Below, one piece after another: positions 19,082-28,489 of a DNA stretch of 64,000 nucleotides (positions within the stretch are counted from its first letter, which is position 1; each line of letters starts with the position of its first letter). The notes beneath the pieces were generated by a model. The model did no database searches. It was not told the DNA's origin and saw only the letters and a program-made list of their open reading frames with translations. The stretch lies in contig CAWBNQ010000003.1 in assembly GCA_963790205.1 (NCBI GenBank), positions 640,001-704,000 on the forward strand, in the 5' to 3' direction. This DNA comes from Nitrospirota bacterium. Its GTDB lineage: Bacteria; Nitrospirota; UBA9217. A program made the translations under genes and the position numbers.

Positions 19082-19240
19082 TCTCGCAAAGCTCGCAAAG
19101 AGAGGCATTTAAACAAGTAAAGCAAATTTAAGTTTTGTCTTAAAACCAAGAAAAACTAAGACTACTGCTTGCTTTTGGTTTTAAACGAAAAAAGATTCTG
19201 ACTCAAGATCCCCTTTGCGACCTTTGCGCCTTTGCGAGAA
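19082..19240. repeat. Empty CGCAAAG-type inverted-repeat element (copy C)
   Basis: TCTCGCAAAGCTCGCAAAG ... CTTTGCGACCTTTGCGCCTTTGCGAGA between larC and larB. Confidence 0.85.
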
Positions 19241-19254
19241 AAAAGGTCTTAGGC

Positions 19255-20007
19255 TTATTCTCCAAGAATATTTATCCTGTGCGCCAGCACTCCGGCCCCG
19301 AAGCCGTTGTCGATGTTCATCACGGCAATGCCCGCGGCGCAGGAGTTGAGCATGGTGAGCAGCGGGGCCAGCCCCTGGAACCCCGCGCCGTAACCCACGC
19401 TGGTTGGCACGGCGATCACGGGCTTGTCCACGAGTCCGCCCACGACCGAGGGGAGCGCGCCGTCCATGCCCGCGACAACGACGATCACCCGCGCCGCGTC
19501 GAGGACCTCCCGCTTGCTCAAGACGCGGTGGATGCCGGCCACGCCCACGTCGTACACGGTCTGCACCGTGCTGCCGAGCATATCCGCCGTGACCGCAGCC
19601 TCCTCGGCAACGGGAATGTCCGATGTGCCCGCGGTCAGGACAAGGACCATGCCATTGGTGAGAGTTTTTCTTTTATTCTGAATCACGATGGAGCGGGAGG
19701 CCTTGTGGTAGAGGGCGCGGCGGTCGAGCTTTTTGACCGCCTTATAAACCTGCTCGTCCGCCCGGGTAGCGAGGACATCGCTCTTATTGGCCAGCATGCG
19801 CTGCGCGATGCCGACGACCTGATCGATTGTCTTTCCCTCGCAGTAAATGACCTCGGGCATCCCGTGGCGCAGATGACGATGGTGGTCGATGTGCGCATAA
19901 ACGATGTCTTCGAAGGGCAGGTGCTTGAGCCGGTTGAGCGCGGCCTCGACATCGGTCTTGCCGTCGCGGACGCTTTGAAGAAGTTTGGTGAGGTCTGATT
20001 TATTCAT
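19255..20007 (-). CDS. larB: Nickel-pincer cofactor biosynthesis protein LarB (PurE-like)
   Basis: AGTSDIPVAEEA, DVGVAGIHR, AGMDGALPSVV, PTSVGYG, NIDNGFGA. Confidence 0.95.
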   Translation of the reverse strand: MNKSDLTKLLQSVRDGKTDVEAALNRLKHLPFEDIVYAHIDHHRHLRHGMPEVIYCEGKTIDQVVGIAQRMLANKSDVLATRADEQVYKAVKKLDRRALYHKASRSIVIQNKRKTLTNGMVLVLTAGTSDIPVAEEAAVTADMLGSTVQTVYDVGVAGIHRVLSKREVLDAARVIVVVAGMDGALPSVVGGLVDKPVIAVPTSVGYGAGFQGLAPLLTMLNSCAAGIAVMNIDNGFGAGVLAHRINILGE

Positions 20008-20017
20008 AGGGGCTATT

Positions 20018-20106
20018 TATCCACGGATTACGCAGATTTCACAGATTAAATCAAGGCCGGAATTCGTTGTCTTAAAATCTGTGGCCATCTGCGAAATCTG
20101 CGGATA
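20018..20106. repeat. 9-nt-periodic CRCAGAT-type inverted-repeat element
   Basis: TATCCACGGATTACGCAGATTTCACAGATT ... AATCTGTGGCCATCTGCGAAATCTGCGGATA. Confidence 0.8.
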
Positions 20107-20157
20107 GATCGGTTTAATGTCTTTTCTGAATGTCGCATTCGGCATTCCGCATTCGAA

Positions 20158-21163
20158 TCATTCTTCTTTCAACTCTCTGGACATAAGGTCTCTTACCGCC
20201 CGTTTCGGGTCCTTGCCCTCGTACAGGATCAGATAGACCTCATCCACGACCGGCATGTCGACGTTGAACTTTCTGGCCAGGTCCCGGGCCGCCCGGGCCG
20301 TCTTCACGCCTTCGGCCACGGTCTTGACGCCCTTCATGATATCGTCCAGCTTTTCACCCTTGCCGAGCCGCACGCCGAGCGTCCGGTTGCGCGACAAACC
20401 TCCCGTGCACGTGAGCACCAGATCGCCCATGCCGGCGAGACCGGAAAAGGTCTCGAGGTTGCCGCCCATGGCGACGCCGAGGCGGGCCATTTCTGCTAAG
20501 CCCCGCGTGAGCAGGGCCGCGGCGGTGTTGTAGCCGTAGCCCATGCCTTCGAGCACGCCGGCCGCGATGGCGACGACGTTCTTGAGCGAGCCGGCAAGCT
20601 CCACGCCGATGACATCGGGATTGGTATAAATGCGGAAATAGGCGTTGCTGAAGATTTCCTGCGCTTTCCTGCCGAGAGCGGGGTCGTACGAAGCGAGAGA
20701 GACCGCGGTGGGCATCTTTTGCGCCACTTCTTTGGCGAAGCTCGGGCCGGAGAGGAAGCAGAGCCGGTTATGATACTCGTTTCGGCAGGATGTCCCTGAA
20801 CACTTCCGAGAGCGGCATAAGCGTGTCGATCTCGATTCCTTTCGAGGCGCTCACGAGGACCGTATCGTCCGACAGAAACGGCGCGAATTGTCCGGACACG
20901 GCGCGCACGGTGTGGGAGGGGACAACGGAAAGGATCACAGCCCTGCCCGCGACGGCCGCTTCCATCGAAGCGGTCACCTTGATCGAGGCGGGCAGGGTGA
21001 ACCCGGGCAAATAGACCCGGTTCTCCCGGGTGCGCGACGTCTCCTCGGCCAGGTCCTTCTCGTACATCCAGAGGGTGACGTCGTGCCCCTTGTCCGCGAG
21101 CAGCATGGAAAGGGCCGTGCCCCATGCGCCTGCGCCGATTACCCCGATTCTCTCAGTCATCAT
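20158..21163 (-). CDS. gpsA: NAD(P)H-dependent glycerol-3-phosphate dehydrogenase (apparent +1 frameshift near 20781)
   Basis: IGAGAWGTAL, SASKGIE, LSGPSFA, GSLKNVVAIAAG, GDLVLTC..SRNR. Confidence 0.92.
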
Positions 21164-21292
21164 GGGCCATTATAAGGGTAATGAGATTGCCTGTCAAAAG
21201 GTTTATGGGGAAGGACAGGGAGAAGAACCTCCACTCTTCGGAAAAGGGGCAGTTTCAGGCTTTCGCCCGCGATCATTTGCAATGGGGCGGAT

Positions 21293-21342
21293 GCGCGGAT
21301 GAGCCGCGTGTTTTTCGCGGCGGTCTCGATCCGCTCGTTATG

Positions 21343-21343
<1 letters not shown>
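21293..21343 (-). other. Terminal, degenerate attC site
   Basis: Minus strand: GCATAAC (R'') at the stop codon, then a GC stem with extrahelical bases; R' box not recognisable. Confidence 0.65.
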
Positions 21344-21891
<548 letters not shown>

Positions 21892-21920
21892 TACGTAAGA
21901 GTACCTCTAATCATAGGTCA

Positions 21921-21979
21921 GCCTAACACGGTGTTGAGGGGCGGTGATTTTCCCGCCCCTCTCGGACACCAAGTTATAT
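21921..21979 (-). other. attC site (59 bp)
   Basis: Minus strand ATATAAC...GGTGTCCGAGAGGGGCGG/CCGCCCCTCAACACC...GTTAGGC. Confidence 0.88.
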
Positions 21980-22516
21980 CACACTCACGAGTAAACGTAA
22001 TATCCAATAAAGTGTGAATGACGCACCAATGAAAATTAATGTCCAAATTAAAGCGATAAGCCATTTTGATAATTGTACCGTTGGAATGACGGTGATAATT
22101 TTAGCCAAACCATCATCAGACTTTGCATAAGCATTGATTTTATCCCAAGTTGTAGGAGGAAAATATAAATATGAAATGGTAATTTGTTCTTTCGGAACTA
22201 AAACAGGTATAAGTAATTCTCCAGAACCATCATCGTTACGCTCAACGGAATATTTGATCTTTGGGAAAACGGTGATATTAGGTGGTAAATAATTATGTCC
22301 AACTCTGACGTTGTGGGCTGATTTATTCCCGGCATTGCGAAGGATAATGCTATGAGTAAAGACGACGGTCTTTTGAGCATCTTGAAGAGTAAAAGAAGAT
22401 ATATGGCCTATATAGGAAACGAGTTTTGATCGTGTTTCTGTGTAGTATTTAATAATTGTTCCGAGGAGGAGCGTAATGATTGGAGAGAGTAATTTAAGAA
22501 TTTGTTCGGTTGTCAT
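21974..22516 (-). CDS. Hypothetical membrane-anchored protein (gene cassette)
   Basis: AT-rich; N- and C-terminal hydrophobic helices; GGGAGG RBS; stop codon lies in the attC R'' box. Confidence 0.8.
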   Translation of the reverse strand: MTTEQILKLLSPIITLLLGTIIKYYTETRSKLVSYIGHISSFTLQDAQKTVVFTHSIILRNAGNKSAHNVRVGHNYLPPNITVFPKIKYSVERNDDGSGELLIPVLVPKEQITISYLYFPPTTWDKINAYAKSDDGLAKIITVIPTVQLSKWLIALIWTLIFIGASFTLYWILRLLVSVI

Positions 22517-22644
22517 AGAACCTCCCTTATCGTGTCCGCAATGTGGGTCCATTGTTATGCAAAAAGAAGTAATTTCAAATGACCCTAATGTAAAAACAAC
22601 AGATTGCGAATGCCAAAAATGCGGCTGGTCACAATATCACTCAC

Positions 22645-22699
22645 ATATAACGCGCCGGTCACGCGCCGCTTTTTAGCGCGTCGCTGTGGACCGGCAGGT
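22645..22699 (-). other. attC site interrupted by a group II intron (remainder at 24648-24652)
   Basis: Removing 22700-24647 restores ATATAACGCGCCGGTC...GACCGGCAGGT|TAAAA, a 60-bp attC. Confidence 0.85.
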
Positions 22700-24647
22700 G
22701 TACGCTCGGCACGGGCGTGAGCTAATGGGGTGCAAGTCCTCTGTACGAGAACCAGAGTAGCACAAGTACCAGCCCAAGGCAAGGGCGGAAGGGCGACCGA
22801 CCGTCTGAAGGAAGCCTAACGGCAAACGTGCGAGCCGACGGACAGAAACCGCATACAAGGCTTAGCCCTCGGGTGAGTCAGCACCACATGACGAAGCCCA
22901 CTGGTTCAGGGGATAGGGTAAATGCGGCGGTTGCGCACGGACAGTTCACGTTCTTATCCGGGGAGATCTGCGCGACATGCGATAGGATCGTCATGAGAGA
23001 ATCCGGGACGGGTCAACCCGGCAAGCAAGGCCCCGGCGTATCAGCGGCTGTCGCCTGATACGAGTCCCGCTTTCGGGAGATACGAATCAGACAGCATCTC
23101 ATGCCGAACCCCTGTAGCGCCTTCTTTGGAAACAGAGACGGTGAGCGCGCAGAAGTCAGCAGACGGCATAGTAGTCCCGGACTACTCGGGACGAAGGCCA
23201 GAACGCGGAAAGGAGGAAGGGCAATCCATAAGCTCTGGGACGGTGATGAGTCCGACACGGATGAGCCGATCCGGGCGCGTTATGGAGAGACAGCCCACTC
23301 GAATGACCACAGTGGAAGACGTTGTAGGCAGTGAGAACATGCAGCAGGCATGGCAGCGGGTCAAGGCGAACAAGGGAGCAGCCGGCATCGACGACATGTC
23401 GATTACGGACTATCCCGAATTCGCCAGGACCAACTGGCCAAGAATCAAAGCCTCCTTGCTGGACGGGACGTATGATCCCACTCCGGTCAAGAGGGTCGAG
23501 ATTCCGAAGGACAACGGGGGTACGAGGCTTCTCGGCATCCCCACGGTCTCCGATCGCGTTATTCAGCAAGCGATCACCCAGGTGCTTGTCCCGATCTTCG
23601 ATCCCCACTTCTCCGAATCGAGCTATGGGTACAGGCCGGGCCGCTCGGCGCATCAGGCTGTAAAGAAGGTGGTTGAGTTGATCAACCAAGGATACCGCTA
23701 CGCCGTTGACATCGATCTTGCGAAGTTCTTCGATAACGTCAATTGGGACGTGTTGATGAGCCGGGTCGGTAGACGCGTCACGGACAAGGGCATCCTCAAA
23801 CTGATCGGCAAATACCTTCGGGCCGGAGTCGTCGTAAACGGCAGGCTTACCCAGACCACCAAAGGAGTGCCGCAGGGCGGGCCGCTTTCGCCGTTCCTGT
23901 CGAACATTCTTCTGGATGATCTCGACAAAGAGTTGGAGAAACGGGGGCATCAGTTCTGCCGGTACGCCGACGACCTTATCATTCTGGTAAAGTCAAAGCG
24001 TGCCGGAGAGCGGGTGATGAAGAGCGTCACCACCTTCCTTGAAAAGAACCTCAAGGTGCAGGTGAACAGGGACAAGAGCAAGGTGGGAAGCGCGGAGTCC
24101 AGCATCTTCCTCAGCTTCACGTTCCATCTCAAGAGGCCCACTGTCTCCCGGAAGGCGTTCACGAACTTCAAGAATGAACTCAAGGACCTTACGGGCCGCA
24201 GCTGGGGTGTATCCATGAAGCACCGATACGATAAAATCCGGACCTACTTACAGGGCTGGATGAACTATTTCGGAATCGGTATGCGGTACAACGATGCGGT
24301 CGAACTGGATCAGCGGCTCCGAAGACGCATTCGGATGTGCTATTGGAAACAGTGGCGCACGACGAGAAAGCGCGTCGGGGAGCTGATGAAACGCGGGGTG
24401 AGTGAACATCGCGCAGTATCGGTCGGCATGAGCAGGAAGAGCTACTGGCATCTTGCTAAGAACGAAGCCATCAATGTCGGCCTGTCCAATGCCTATCTCA
24501 AGGAACAGGGGCTTACCTCGATCAGAACACTGTGGATCAAGATTCACCATCCGGCTACGGCCCGATAGTTTTCTGCGAATCGCCTAGTGCGGACCCGCAT
24601 GCTAGGTGGTGTGGGGGCTGGGGGCTAAACACCCCCGGCTACCCGAT
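22700..24647 (+). mobile_element. Group IIC-attC intron
   Basis: 5' end GTACG; short domain V with CGC triad and domain VI ending CTACCCGAT; encodes an RT; inserted antisense in attC. Confidence 0.9.
23126..24568 (+). CDS. ltrA: Group II intron reverse transcriptase/maturase (no endonuclease domain; true start probably further downstream)
   Basis: NKGAAGID, RLLGIPTVSDR, GVPQGGPLSP, RYADD, C-terminal LWIKIHHPATAR. Confidence 0.95.
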   Translation: METETVSAQKSADGIVVPDYSGRRPERGKEEGQSISSGTVMSPTRMSRSGRVMERQPTRMTTVEDVVGSENMQQAWQRVKANKGAAGIDDMSITDYPEFARTNWPRIKASLLDGTYDPTPVKRVEIPKDNGGTRLLGIPTVSDRVIQQAITQVLVPIFDPHFSESSYGYRPGRSAHQAVKKVVELINQGYRYAVDIDLAKFFDNVNWDVLMSRVGRRVTDKGILKLIGKYLRAGVVVNGRLTQTTKGVPQGGPLSPFLSNILLDDLDKELEKRGHQFCRYADDLIILVKSKRAGERVMKSVTTFLEKNLKVQVNRDKSKVGSAESSIFLSFTFHLKRPTVSRKAFTNFKNELKDLTGRSWGVSMKHRYDKIRTYLQGWMNYFGIGMRYNDAVELDQRLRRRIRMCYWKQWRTTRKRVGELMKRGVSEHRAVSVGMSRKSYWHLAKNEAINVGLSNAYLKEQGLTSIRTLWIKIHHPATAR

Positions 24648-24657
24648 TAAAATATGC

Positions 24658-25551
24658 TCATTTAGATTTCCAACTTATGCGGCGCAATAGGACGCCATCG
24701 TCAAGAGCGATAAGGTGATAAATATCTCCCTCTGAATCCACTGCAAATCTTTCATCGAAATTGCCCCGATATCTAATTTGAATTGGCTTTTCAATTTTCT
24801 TGGATTGCACATCACCATTAATTTGGTATTGTATCTTTATGTTTTTGTCCTTATTTTCGATTTGTACAGTTGTCGTTATTGCATAATTATTCTTTCGAGA
24901 GTTATTAGATTTGATGCGATAAAAAGTCCCTTCTTTGTCATACCAAGAGAAATGATCATGATTTGGATTCTTTACATATTTAAGGAAATTTCCATCAAAA
25001 TCATAAACTGCTGACTTTCCCGATCCTCCAATAACACAAGTAACATGGCCCATCTGTTCATCGCTGCTTATCTCAGAAAAATACTCTTCTGTCTTCGGGT
25101 TAAGCTGCTGAGCGCCAAATTTATTTAATATCTTGCCACCGGAGGATATTTTGTAAATATCGTCATTCAGCATATTATAATAAGGTGGCTTTGCTATGAG
25201 GGCGAAGAAGTTGTCATTCAAAATAGCGAATCGACCAGCAAGTCCTTGTTTGATCCAATCGAAACCGAGAGGGATCTTTCTAATGAACTTACCGTTTAAG
25301 TCGAAGACTTGAATTCGGTTATTCATAGAATCGAAAATATAAATATGACTTTTGTAAAGTTGAAAGTCTAGCGAATAGCCCAGTTCCGTTTTGCCAAGAG
25401 TTTCTCTACCAAATTCGCCGTCTTTGTCGCCCCAATTACCAACGATTAATATGTTGTCACTGATATTAGGGCCGCAAAATGCGGGCGAGGTATATAAACT
25501 GCAAAAAAGAACGATGATCATGACGTATTTCAGAACTTTCATGAATACCAC
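24658..25551 (-). CDS. Secreted NHL/beta-propeller-like hypothetical protein (gene cassette)
   Basis: Signal peptide; IYIFDSMNNRIQVFDLNGKF; FAVDSEGDIY; AT-rich. Confidence 0.75.
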   Translation of the reverse strand: MVFMKVLKYVMIIVLFCSLYTSPAFCGPNISDNILIVGNWGDKDGEFGRETLGKTELGYSLDFQLYKSHIYIFDSMNNRIQVFDLNGKFIRKIPLGFDWIKQGLAGRFAILNDNFFALIAKPPYYNMLNDDIYKISSGGKILNKFGAQQLNPKTEEYFSEISSDEQMGHVTCVIGGSGKSAVYDFDGNFLKYVKNPNHDHFSWYDKEGTFYRIKSNNSRKNNYAITTTVQIENKDKNIKIQYQINGDVQSKKIEKPIQIRYRGNFDERFAVDSEGDIYHLIALDDGVLLRRISWKSK

Positions 25552-25571
25552 CTTTGATGAGCTTTTATTCG

Positions 25572-25631
25572 GATTAACGCGCGGGTGAGACGCGCGTATT
25601 TTGCGCGTCGTTCTCGACCCGCAGGTTGGGT
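25572..25631 (-). other. attC site (60 bp)
   Basis: Minus strand ACCCAAC-CTGCGGGTCGAGAACGACGCGC...GCGCGTCTCACCCGCGC-GTTAATC. Confidence 0.85.
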
Positions 25632-26461
25632 CATTTGTCGAGTTTCGTTCCGCTCAACCCGTCCTGCGAACTCTTTTTAAAGATATTCATCATTTGCTCG
25701 ATCATGCCCTTATTATTTTTTGCTTCAACAGTCATAAACTTATATGCCTCGTTTTCTGGATGAATGCTTGTGGAAATTAGCAGTTCGCTATTACTCTGTG
25801 TCAGTTCAGGTGAAAGTTTGAAAAATACTCTGTTCGGATGGCGTCGTTTATCTAACGAAAGAGTTATGCTAATGTTTGGAAATTGAAGCACCCAGCCATT
25901 GACACTTTGGCCGTCTCTTGCGGTATCCATCGGCTTTATTTTCTTTCTATAAGGCAGAAAGAAGGCACTATGCAGCGGGTCTGTCAGAAAAAAGACAAAA
26001 ACATCTATATAATCAACAGCGCCACCATTATACAAGTCATTTCTTATTTTTTGCTCATAAAAACTACCGACGGAGAGTGATCGCACCTCAAGTTGCTTTG
26101 ATACACTGACACGCCACAAGACAGATGCAAAGAACTTTCTTAGTTTTGTTTTGTCGATATCGTTGAACACACATAGTTTCGTATCTTTAGCGTCCGGGTG
26201 TGATACTCGGTCAAAGAGGCCTTGCTTGTCTCTCAATACTTGAATTGCATAAGCATCGAGTGGTTCAAAAATACCATGTTCGCAATCCGGACACACAATT
26301 TTGTCATCGTAGATTGCTTTCTGTAATCGACGCCCTCTTTCACCCGATGAGTCATAGGTTTCAACCTTTCCCTTAGTTTCAATGTTACTAAAAAAACCAA
26401 TGGAGAAGATATGAGCCTTAGCCATTTTATCTTTCTCATTTGTGCACAAGAGACACTTCAT
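25631..26461 (-). CDS. Hypothetical protein with HNH-like zinc-binding N-terminus (gene cassette)
   Basis: CLLC..KAHIF...IVCPDCE..F..LD pattern; AT-rich. Confidence 0.7.
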   Translation of the reverse strand: MKCLLCTNEKDKMAKAHIFSIGFFSNIETKGKVETYDSSGERGRRLQKAIYDDKIVCPDCEHGIFEPLDAYAIQVLRDKQGLFDRVSHPDAKDTKLCVFNDIDKTKLRKFFASVLWRVSVSKQLEVRSLSVGSFYEQKIRNDLYNGGAVDYIDVFVFFLTDPLHSAFFLPYRKKIKPMDTARDGQSVNGWVLQFPNISITLSLDKRRHPNRVFFKLSPELTQSNSELLISTSIHPENEAYKFMTVEAKNNKGMIEQMMNIFKKSSQDGLSGTKLDK

Positions 26462-26465
26462 TTTT

Positions 26466-26948
26466 TTACTGAGGGTTGTATCCTTTTAAATAATTAGTAA
26501 CCGCCACATAATTATCCATCCACATCATAGCAAACTGAACAAGTGTCATGGGATTCGGCTCGTCAATACCAATTTGAGTTAACCATGCTTTGGCCCAATG
26601 AATTCCATTGCCCGAATTCCTCGACTTTAACAACTCGGACACCTGGTCCATTGTCGCTTTTACTTCAATGACAAAAGGATAGCCCTCCACTATATCGGGA
26701 GAGAAGACTATCTTTTCAAGGAACTCCCTAACGTGCCGAAAGTTTGCATTTTTATCTTCTAAAGCAAGAAGTGCCAATAAGACCAGTGCCAATTTATGAA
26801 GCACAACCTTATCTTCAAAAGACGGAGAGAGTACCCAATTTGTATTCAACTTGAACCGAGAGTTTATATCTTTGTTCATGATAAAGTCGGAGAGAAGTAC
26901 ATCCGCCAAAATATTAGGTTTTATTTTTTTCTTACCGATGTCAAACAT
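26466..26948 (-). CDS. Hypothetical protein (first gene of a two-gene cassette)
   Basis: 160 aa AT-rich ORF, 4 bp from the next ORF with no attC between them. Confidence 0.7.
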   Translation of the reverse strand: MFDIGKKKIKPNILADVLLSDFIMNKDINSRFKLNTNWVLSPSFEDKVVLHKLALVLLALLALEDKNANFRHVREFLEKIVFSPDIVEGYPFVIEVKATMDQVSELLKSRNSGNGIHWAKAWLTQIGIDEPNPMTLVQFAMMWMDNYVAVTNYLKGYNPQ

Positions 26949-26985
26949 AACGTATTTTATGATACCTTTTTTATTATTTGGCTTA

Positions 26986-27040
26986 GTCCAATGTTAAGGC
27001 TTCTTTCTGAACGCTTTATTCAGAAAGAAGCTGGTTGGAC
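26986..27040 (-). other. attC-like hairpin heading the cassette array
   Basis: Minus strand GTCCAAC-CAGCTTCTTTCTGAA...TTCAGAAAGAAGC-CTTAAC-ATTGGAC. Confidence 0.55.
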
Positions 27041-27292
27041 AAAGCCGTTGCGCGCCACGTCGCTATGGGATTTCGAATAATTTTTCAGTTTAAAGCGAAG
27101 TCCGCGGAAACGACATTGGCAGGGGCGTGAGACTTGTTCGGATGAAAAGCGGCGATTCCGGACTGCTCCGCAAGCCCCTTTCGTAAATGACTATACAGGA
27201 AAAAGAGCTTTTGGGCAATAGCGTCTCGTTGCGAAAGACATGGCTGTTTTCGGGGAGTGGGAGCAGCGCTCTATTGTTGAAGTGTGCGGTAA

Positions 27293-27505
27293 TCATATCT
27301 TCGGCGGTCCTTTGCAGCGCGCAGGCTGGATGATTTCGACGGTGCGCATGGCGCGTTCGCCGCAGGCCGGATACTTGCCGACGTCGATGCCGGTGAGCCG
27401 GAGCAACGTCTTCTGCCACGTTTCCGTATTCTTTTTGGGTTGCTTCGGGACGCAGACGAGCAGTTCCCGCGCCCGGTCGAGTTTCTCCCTGCGGCAGAGG
27501 TGAAG
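27293..27505 (-). pseudogene. IS91-family (Y2/HUH) transposase C-terminal remnant
   Basis: Manual translation CRREKLDRARELL...ETWQKTLLRLTGIDVGKYPACGERAMRTVEIIQPARCKGPPKI*. Confidence 0.7.
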
Positions 27506-27523
27506 AGCCCGCTTGATTTTTAA

Positions 27524-28045
27524 TCACTCCTTCAAAAACTTCTCCACCTTGTTCGCCCACACCTCATACCCCTTGCCGCTCAAATGCACGCCGTCGTCCT
27601 GGAGATAGTCGCCGATCGGGTTTCCCTTTGAATCGACAAAAAGGCCGTAGACGTCAAGATATTCGGCGCCATGCTCGCGCGCTATTTCAGCAAGATGACG
27701 GTTGGTGTCCTTGATGACGTTGTTACTGACCCATGACAGGTCAACGGGCAGGATGCTTTGGACCACGACCGTGGCTTTCTTGTACCACGTGGTCAGGTTT
27801 CGCACGATCTCGCGGTAGCTGTCCGTGATGAAGTACTGCTCCATGGCGATATCATTGATGCCGGTCATGAGGAAAATAGTGTCGGGGTTATCGAGCTGCG
27901 AACGGATCCCGTCCCTGCGCGCAAGCAAGCCTTCGACCGGCTCGCCCGAGATGCCGAGGTTGGTCACGGTGTAATCGGGAAAGCGCCGCTGCCAGTCGAA
28001 CCACTCGGTCAGGGAATCGCCTATGAAGACGAGATGTTTTTTCAT
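27524..28045 (-). CDS. SGNH/GDSL hydrolase
   Basis: FIGDSLT, GIND, DGVH motifs. Confidence 0.92.
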   Translation of the reverse strand: MKKHLVFIGDSLTEWFDWQRRFPDYTVTNLGISGEPVEGLLARRDGIRSQLDNPDTIFLMTGINDIAMEQYFITDSYREIVRNLTTWYKKATVVVQSILPVDLSWVSNNVIKDTNRHLAEIAREHGAEYLDVYGLFVDSKGNPIGDYLQDDGVHLSGKGYEVWANKVEKFLKE

Positions 28046-28094
28046 AGGGCAGGATCTGCCAGAGAGCGCAGAGAGGACTGAAGGGTTGTTGTCA

Positions 28095-28412
28095 TTATTC
28101 CGGGGTATTCTGTCTCAAGATTGCTTCTTTCAGCATCATTACCGAAGGCACGTTCGCGAGCCGCCCGGACTCGTCCCGGTACATCCTTCAGGTGACGCCG
28201 GGCGCATTGCCGCCTTCGAAGGCGTCCTTCCCGTTTATCCAGACGGTGGGGGAGCCTTTGATCCCGAGGCTGACCGCATCGTCGTAATACACGGTCCGGT
28301 AGTTGACCTCGGTCTCGACATGCAGTTCCGCAAGCGCTTTTTCGATGTTCTCGCGGAGCTCGTAATAGGAACCGCATTGCTCGGACGTGAATATGTCGAT
28401 CTTTAAAGACAT
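28095..28412 (-). CDS. Thioredoxin-fold (DUF2703-like) probable selenoprotein, UGA at 28188-28190 read as Sec
   Basis: GSPTVWINGKD..PGVT-UGA-RMYRDESGRLANVPSVMMLKEAI; related proteins have CRxY at this position. Confidence 0.7.
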
Positions 28413-28422
28413 AACTCAGGGA

Positions 28423-28485
28423 AAGGCTAAGGTTAAGGCTGAGTAAGCCCGAACTCAACCTCAACCTTGCTTCCTCAACCTTAAG
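28423..28485. repeat. Hexamer-periodic inverted repeat (AAGGYT / CTCAAC)
   Basis: AAGGCTAAGGTTAAGGCTGAGT ... ACTCAACCTCAACCTT..CTCAACCTTAA. Confidence 0.6.
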
Positions 28486-28489
28486 ACGT

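Noticed and set aside
15462..20106. CRISPR array
   Set aside because: The repeats are inverted pairs in separate intergenic gaps, not direct repeats with regular spacers, and there are no cas genes.
23126..24568. Retron or DGR reverse transcriptase
   Set aside because: It has group II maturase motifs and flanking intron domains V/VI, with no TR/VR pair or msr-msd.
26945..26975. attI site at AAAATAC-GTTATGT
   Set aside because: No integrase is adjacent, and the cassette's terminal ACCCAAC matches the TTGGAC of the 26986 hairpin better. Not fully excluded.
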